DNA from: a virus
Length of the DNA: 64,000 nt
Virus record (IMG/VR): IMGVR_UViG_3300045988_126426
Strand: one strand, 5' to 3'
Positions 58,373-64,000 of this stretch are shown in pieces. The notes beneath the pieces are model-generated. The model was not told the DNA's origin, did not search any database, and saw nothing but the letters and a program-made list of their open reading frames with translations. Position numbers and translations under genes: made by a program. How positions within the stretch are numbered: position 1 is the first letter of the stretch; each line of letters starts with the position of its first letter.

Positions 58373-59634
58373 TTATGGCAGGAAAAGAAGTATTTTGTTC
58401 AGTCTGCGGTTTATCATCTACTTTGGACGGACATTTTTGGAAAGAAAAGAAGTTGTGCAACAGACACAATATGCAGTTAGAAAAACATGGAAAACTGTTA
58501 GATAAAGATATAGTGATCCCTAAAAAGAGGCATAGATGGACTCCAGAAGAAGAAGTCAGATTAGAAGAGTTGTATAAACAAGGAGTTTCTTTTGAAAAAA
58601 TTAGTAAACAAATGAATCTATCCGTGGCAGCCATAGCGGCTCGAAGTCGTCATTTGAATCTTGGCAATAAGTATATGAGGTCTAATAATCCTAATTTTAA
58701 AGCCACATATCAGGATTATGATTGGTGTTATGAAAGATATGTTGTTAAGGGAATGACTCATCAAGAAATGGCAGATGAATGTGGTGCCTCGTTAAGAGTT
58801 ATTCAGAAATGGTGTTCTGAAGTTCATAAATTAAATTGTTGGACTTTCAAAAACAATAAGACATTAACCGATAAACAGTATCAAATTATTTTATTTGGCA
58901 CATTAGGAGATGGGCATATTGATAAGAGAGAGACGCAACCTTTGTATATTGAATGTCATTCTATAGCAGAAAAGGATTACGTGTTTTGGAAATATGAAGA
59001 ATTAAAAGATTTATGTAACTCTGAGCCAAAGTATTATGAAGGTGGCTATAAAGATTTTGGTTCTGGTACAAAGTATTGGTGTAAACCACATTACAGATTT
59101 GAGACAAGAATTATTAATCAATTGAAGGACATTCGAGACATGCCAAGAATCAATAAGATTTGGCAATTGAATGAATTTGGATTATCTCTTCATTGCTTAG
59201 ACGATGGATGCAGAGGTAAATCAGCGTGGGAATTATGTTTGGCAGAATATACTCAGCAAGAAATTGATTTATATATCAAGCTGTGTAAAAAGAGATTTGG
59301 GTTATATGCTAAACAGCAGACAGATAAAAGATATATAAGATTTGATTCAGATTCAAGTAGAATTATTGATCAAATTATTTTAAACAATATTCCTAATTCG
59401 CTTGACATTATCAAAAAGAAGATATTAGAAAACGATAAAATTTCTAAAAAAGTAAGATACATTTATGTTGTCATGCAGAACGGAGAACAGATTGGTTTAT
59501 CTACATATTGTAGATCTCATGGTATTCCATATGAAAAGACAAGAAAATATGTCATTGAGCACAATATCTCTCGAATTCAAGAAGCTGATCTACTAAATAG
59601 ATTAAAAGCTGGAGGATTAATGAATGCGGTATAA
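58369..59634 (+). CDS. putative LAGLIDADG-type homing endonuclease with N-terminal zinc finger and HTH repeats
   Basis: Two dodecapeptide-like motifs, 'ILFGTLGDGHID' and 'LHCLDDGCRGK', about 100 aa apart; inserted between recJ and the Pol III alpha gene. Confidence 0.4.
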   Translation: MIMAGKEVFCSVCGLSSTLDGHFWKEKKLCNRHNMQLEKHGKLLDKDIVIPKKRHRWTPEEEVRLEELYKQGVSFEKISKQMNLSVAAIAARSRHLNLGNKYMRSNNPNFKATYQDYDWCYERYVVKGMTHQEMADECGASLRVIQKWCSEVHKLNCWTFKNNKTLTDKQYQIILFGTLGDGHIDKRETQPLYIECHSIAEKDYVFWKYEELKDLCNSEPKYYEGGYKDFGSGTKYWCKPHYRFETRIINQLKDIRDMPRINKIWQLNEFGLSLHCLDDGCRGKSAWELCLAEYTQQEIDLYIKLCKKRFGLYAKQQTDKRYIRFDSDSSRIIDQIILNNIPNSLDIIKKKILENDKISKKVRYIYVVMQNGEQIGLSTYCRSHGIPYEKTRKYVIEHNISRIQEADLLNRLKAGGLMNAV

Positions 59635-62600
59635 CAATTATCATAAACACGATCATGTGTCAAATATCTTTACCCCAGATACAAATACTAAACAAGAAGA
59701 GTATATTCTTAAAGCATTGGAGTATGGGCATACAAGTTATTATAGTACGAATCATGGCAGTTTTGGAGATATCTTTGAAGCCAGAACATTGTGTAATAAG
59801 TATGGATTGCGTTGTATTGCAGGCATCGAAGGATATATTGTCCCAAATGCGTCGCAAAAAGACAAAAGGAATTATCATATTATAGTGATACCTAAAACCG
59901 ATGAAGCCAGAAAGAAGATGAATTATGTATCAAGTATGGCAAACATCAAAGGGTTTTATTATAAACCAAGATTTTTTTTATCTGATTTATTAAAACTTGA
60001 TCCCAATGATGTTTATATTACAACTGCATGTGTAGCAGGATTATTACGAGATGAGGATTCAATTAATGAGATTTTTATGCCTCTATATAAGCATTTTAAA
60101 GAAAATGTAATGCTAGAAGTTCAGACTCATGATGATCCGTTGCAAATTGAAATCAATAAAAAGGCAATATATCTGTCTGATCAATATGGGTTAAGCTTAA
60201 TTGCTGCAAATGATTCACATTATATTGATGAATCAGGCAAAGAAGAACGTTTGGAATTATTGCGAGGCAAACATATCAATTACGGCAGTGAAGACGATTT
60301 TATATTAGATTATCCTACTGCTGAAACAATGATTGAAAGATTCAAGAAACAAGGCGTTTTGACGGATAGACAAATCTCAAATGCATTAAATAATACGTTA
60401 TTGTTTGATGAATGTGAAGAAATACAACTCGATTATTCAATTAAAATGCCTACGATTTATCCTAACTTGACTCCAGAACAAAGAGTGGGTCTTCTAAAAA
60501 AGGAAGTAAATAAACGATTCAAAGAAATTCGAAAAGAAGAACATATTGAAGGGGAAGAGTTTAAAAAATATAAAGATGGAATTCGATATGAGATGAAAAT
60601 CATTGAGGATACTAATGATGAAATACATACAGCGGACTATTTTTTGTTTAATGAGAAAAATGTAGATCTTGCAGTTAATAAATATGGTGGTGTATTGACT
60701 CGTGGTGGAAGAGGTAGTTGCGGTTCCTTCTATATAAATAGGATATTGGGAATGACACAACTAGATAGATTTAAAATTAATCTTCCGCTTTTCCCAGACA
60801 GATTTGCTTCTACTGCCAGATTGCTAGAGAATCGCTCATTGCCCGATATAGATTTTAACGTAAAATCCCAAGAACCATTTATTAAAGCTTCAAGGGAATT
60901 GCTTGGTGAACACGGATGTTATCCAATGTATGCACCAGGAACCATGCAAATATCTGAAGCATTTAGAAATGTATGTAGGTCTAAGAATATGTCATTTGAC
61001 GAATTTAATCATGTGGCAAAAAATCTGGAAGAATATCAAGATGATCCGAAATGGAAACCGATTATCGAAGAGGCAAATCGCTATGTTGGAACAATTATAT
61101 CTGGTTCTGTACATCCTTGCGCCCATATTTTAAGCAACACTAATTTGCTTTATGAGTACGGTGTTACTCGTTTAGGTGAAAACGTATGTGTTTTAATTAC
61201 TTCATCTGAAGCAGATGAATATAAGGTACTTAAAAACGATTATCTTATCGTCACGGTCTGGAAGCTTATTGATGAAACATTTAAAGAGATTGGAATTCCG
61301 ATTATTAAGGCAAATGAATTATTGGATAAAATTAAAGATGATCAGCGAATATGGGATTTATTTAAAAATGGTATTACATGTACTTTAAATCAGGTTGATA
61401 GCGACAATGGATGTAGACAAGCAAAACAGTATGGTATTTCGTCATTTGAGGATGGCGCCCATATTGCAGCAGCCATAAGACCGTCTTTTGATTCATGGAG
61501 AGAACAGTTTTTAGATAGAAAACCATATACAACTGGTTCAGATCAGCTAGACGATGTTTTGAAAGATACTCATGGATACATTTTATTTCAAGAATCATTA
61601 ATGCAATATTTTGACTGGTTAGGGGTTAGCCCAGCTGAATCTATTGGTTTAATTAAGAAAATTTCCAAGAAAAAAATTAAACAATCGGATTTTGATAATC
61701 TTGAGGAAAGAATCAAAAAGCAATGGATTATTAATACTGGCTCAGAAGAAATGTTTTCCGAAACATGGCATTTGGTACAAAGTTGTATGAGCTACGGATT
61801 TTGTTCAGCCCATGCAGCAGCAACCTCATTGGACATGTGTTATGGAGCATATCTAAAGGTCAATTATCCTTACGAATACTACAGTGTTTGCTTCAATAAT
61901 TACGTTGGAGACAAAGAACGAACGAATAAACTGACAAATGAGTTAGAGTATTTTGGTATTAAATTAAGTGATATTAAGTTTAGGCACTCTAACTCAAAAT
62001 ATTCTTATGATAAAGAAACCCATACAATATTCAAAGGCATGTCTTCTATAAAATTTGTTGGGGACAATGTTGGAGAAGAATTATATGAATTGCGAGACAA
62101 TCAATATGATTCTTTTATAGATTTGTTGCAAGATATCTCTAATACATCTGTCAATTCTAAACAGTTGGATATTTTAATTAAATTAGATTTCTTTTCTGAG
62201 TTTGGGGATATTAATTATTTGCTCAAACAAGTTGAATGTTATGACAAATTCTATGGCAGAAAACAGTTTACAATTTCGAAGCTCCAAAAAGAAGGCGAAG
62301 ATATTGAATTAATCAAAAAGTATTGTCAGAAACAGACAGAAAAAACATTGAAAGAATTTGATTATATTGGATTTTTGAAAGATATGACATCAAGTATGTC
62401 ATATTCACCAGTTTCAATAACTGAACGGATGGATTATCAGAAAGAATATATTGGTTACATCAGTTACATTAACCCTAACATTGGCAAGCGATATTACTAT
62501 GTCAAAGATTTATCTGTAACAAAATCCATCGTCAACATTCAGTTATATGAAATTTACTCTGGAAAAACACAGAAAGTAAAAATGTGGACAACCCAATATA

Positions 62601-62788
62601 AGAAGAATCCATTCGATGAAGGAGATATTCTATATCTGAAATCAGTTGAAAAGAAACATAAAAAAGAACCAACTGGGGAGATCAATACAAAAACAGGAAA
62701 GAAAATCTACAAAGATGTACCAGATAAATTTGAGTTTTGGCTTAAGAATTTCACTATTAAAAATGACGCAAAGGAGGAATTAGTATAA
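59624..62788 (+). CDS. DNA polymerase III alpha subunit (DnaE/PHP-domain replicative polymerase)
   Basis: 1054 aa; PHP N-terminus 'YHKHDHVSNIF...HTSYYSTNHGSFGDIFEA...GLRCIAGIEGYIV'. Confidence 0.75.
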   Translation: MRYNNYHKHDHVSNIFTPDTNTKQEEYILKALEYGHTSYYSTNHGSFGDIFEARTLCNKYGLRCIAGIEGYIVPNASQKDKRNYHIIVIPKTDEARKKMNYVSSMANIKGFYYKPRFFLSDLLKLDPNDVYITTACVAGLLRDEDSINEIFMPLYKHFKENVMLEVQTHDDPLQIEINKKAIYLSDQYGLSLIAANDSHYIDESGKEERLELLRGKHINYGSEDDFILDYPTAETMIERFKKQGVLTDRQISNALNNTLLFDECEEIQLDYSIKMPTIYPNLTPEQRVGLLKKEVNKRFKEIRKEEHIEGEEFKKYKDGIRYEMKIIEDTNDEIHTADYFLFNEKNVDLAVNKYGGVLTRGGRGSCGSFYINRILGMTQLDRFKINLPLFPDRFASTARLLENRSLPDIDFNVKSQEPFIKASRELLGEHGCYPMYAPGTMQISEAFRNVCRSKNMSFDEFNHVAKNLEEYQDDPKWKPIIEEANRYVGTIISGSVHPCAHILSNTNLLYEYGVTRLGENVCVLITSSEADEYKVLKNDYLIVTVWKLIDETFKEIGIPIIKANELLDKIKDDQRIWDLFKNGITCTLNQVDSDNGCRQAKQYGISSFEDGAHIAAAIRPSFDSWREQFLDRKPYTTGSDQLDDVLKDTHGYILFQESLMQYFDWLGVSPAESIGLIKKISKKKIKQSDFDNLEERIKKQWIINTGSEEMFSETWHLVQSCMSYGFCSAHAAATSLDMCYGAYLKVNYPYEYYSVCFNNYVGDKERTNKLTNELEYFGIKLSDIKFRHSNSKYSYDKETHTIFKGMSSIKFVGDNVGEELYELRDNQYDSFIDLLQDISNTSVNSKQLDILIKLDFFSEFGDINYLLKQVECYDKFYGRKQFTISKLQKEGEDIELIKKYCQKQTEKTLKEFDYIGFLKDMTSSMSYSPVSITERMDYQKEYIGYISYINPNIGKRYYYVKDLSVTKSIVNIQLYEIYSGKTQKVKMWTTQYKKNPFDEGDILYLKSVEKKHKKEPTGEINTKTGKKIYKDVPDKFEFWLKNFTIKNDAKEELV

Positions 62789-62838
62789 TTCAATTTTACA
62801 AATATACCGACAAGGAAATCAAAGAACTCATCAGCTCG

Positions 62839-63321
62839 ATGACAATCCTGGTCGACACAAGGGAGCAAAAGGCTGATCATATCATAGGTTACTTCGATAG
62901 AAAAAGCGTAAATCATAAAAAGAAAGCATTGAATTATGGGGACTACAGCTTCATGATTCCTGCAAATGAGAAGCTTGGTATTCAGAGAGATATGTATTTT
63001 GACAGCAAAGTATGTGTTGAGCGAAAAGGAAGTCTTGAAGAAATCAGTGGCAATTTATCAAAAGATCGTGCCAGATTTGAAAAAGAGTTAAGTCTTGCAC
63101 CAGAGACAAAAGTTATTCTGCTTGAAAACGCCAATTACTCAGATATTGCAGATGGCAATTACAACACGCAGTATAACAAGAAATCATTCATTGGATCATT
63201 GCACAGCTTTTGGTTTAAATACAATGTGCCGATATTCTTCATGCCAGATAATAAATATTCTGGGCTGTTTATTAGATTATATTTTGAGTATTACTTTAAA
63301 AATTATTTAAAAGGGAAATGA
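62839..63321 (+). CDS. ERCC4-type (XPF/Hef-like) nuclease
   Basis: 'ILVDTREQ', 'YGDYSF', 'VERKGSLEEISGNLSKDRARFEKEL'. Confidence 0.7.
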   Translation: MTILVDTREQKADHIIGYFDRKSVNHKKKALNYGDYSFMIPANEKLGIQRDMYFDSKVCVERKGSLEEISGNLSKDRARFEKELSLAPETKVILLENANYSDIADGNYNTQYNKKSFIGSLHSFWFKYNVPIFFMPDNKYSGLFIRLYFEYYFKNYLKGK

Positions 63322-63336
63322 GGTGCTGCCTAAACA

Positions 63337-64000
63337 ATGGAGAGTCAGACATGCGGAAAGGTATGCGAGTTTGAAATGATTCCTACATATCAGATATTTT
63401 ATAATGAAGAATCAATGTTTGGTATCTATGCGTTTTGTACAAAAGACCAGATACCACAATTCAGTCCATACAATGATAATAAATTTGATGACTCAGGAGA
63501 TAAAGAATATGTTGCAAGTAAACTTGTTGGAGAAGTTCAACAGTTATATATTGGGACAAAGTATAATGTAAAAGCGACATGTATTTATTCTCAAAAATAT
63601 CATGAATATCAATATAAACCGATTTCGGTTGTTGCAGATGTTCCAAAAACACAGACTGATCAGCTAATGTTCTTAAAAACACAAGCGAAAGAATCAATTG
63701 CTGAAGGTTTACTTGCTGAATATCCAAATATCATTGAAGATGTTATGGCAGGCAAATGCAAGACGATTGATACATCTATGATTAAAGGACTTGGCAATAA
63801 GACATGGGCGAAGCTCAGAGAGAAGATCATTAATAATTATGTGATTTCCGAGGTTGTAGTTATGCTACAGCCTCATGGCATTACTTTTAATATGATTAAG
63901 AAATTGGTAGAAGCTGAGCCAGATCCAGAAAAGTTAAAGTATAAAATCAACACAAATCCTTACATTTTAACTAAGATCAGAGGTCTTGGATTTAAGAAAG
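63337..64000 (+). CDS. hypothetical protein, 5' partial at window end (HhH motif; possibly RecD-like helicase N-terminus)
   Basis: Open frame from ATG 63337 to window end; RBS 'gaggtg'; 'NPYILTKIRGLGFKK'. Confidence 0.35.
   Translation, partial: MESQTCGKVCEFEMIPTYQIFYNEESMFGIYAFCTKDQIPQFSPYNDNKFDDSGDKEYVASKLVGEVQQLYIGTKYNVKATCIYSQKYHEYQYKPISVVADVPKTQTDQLMFLKTQAKESIAEGLLAEYPNIIEDVMAGKCKTIDTSMIKGLGNKTWAKLREKIINNYVISEVVVMLQPHGITFNMIKKLVEAEPDPEKLKYKINTNPYILTKIRGLGFKK

Overview
This window reads as a low-GC, Firmicutes-type phage or prophage genome segment: mostly plus-strand, densely packed small genes with strong Shine-Dalgarno sites. Many small ORFs could not be assigned a function.

- 1-4100: a largely non-coding, structured region with palindromes, a ~600-nt G-depleted tract, a minus-strand XRE repressor, twin sigma70 promoters and a terminator.
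- 4150-13200: an early or anti-defence block with ArdA, many small acidic proteins, a HicA/HicB pair and a reused 'GGTGGAAATTATG' start cassette.
- 13199-17536: Bro-N antirepressor-like genes interrupted by a standalone IS605-family TnpB element with a candidate omega-RNA region.
- 19823-23202: a phage replication-initiator, a tyrosine recombinase and a metallophosphoesterase.
- 23214-25600: an AT-rich moron island with a solitary MazF/PemK-like toxin and a degenerate recombinase-like gene.
- 26483-33800: a Bro-N/KilAC antirepressor, a bacterial flotillin (SPFH) gene immediately followed by a PspA/IM30-like gene, then a tRNA-like gene whose anticodon arm is split by a 77-nt insert.
- 33807-64000: a second module with an XRE repressor and divergent promoter, many small genes, two paralogous sigma-70 factors, nucleotide-metabolism genes (nucleotidyltransferase, deoxyribosyltransferase-like), and a replisome block: SSB-like, Sak4-like, DnaB, TOPRIM primase, RecJ, a LAGLIDADG-like endonuclease, Pol III alpha, ERCC4 nuclease and a partial RecD-like gene.

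The most striking item is a compact phage-borne type V-F-like CRISPR locus at 39137-41662. It has a Cas12f/TnpB-like effector (~543 aa) interrupted by one in-frame TAA, with no cas1/cas2/cas4. It is followed by a 36-bp-repeat array carrying only three distinct 30-32-nt spacers, arranged as a tandemly duplicated 198-bp block, with degenerate repeats and hairpin modules (a possible tracrRNA region) upstream and a DHH/DHHA1 phosphoesterase downstream.
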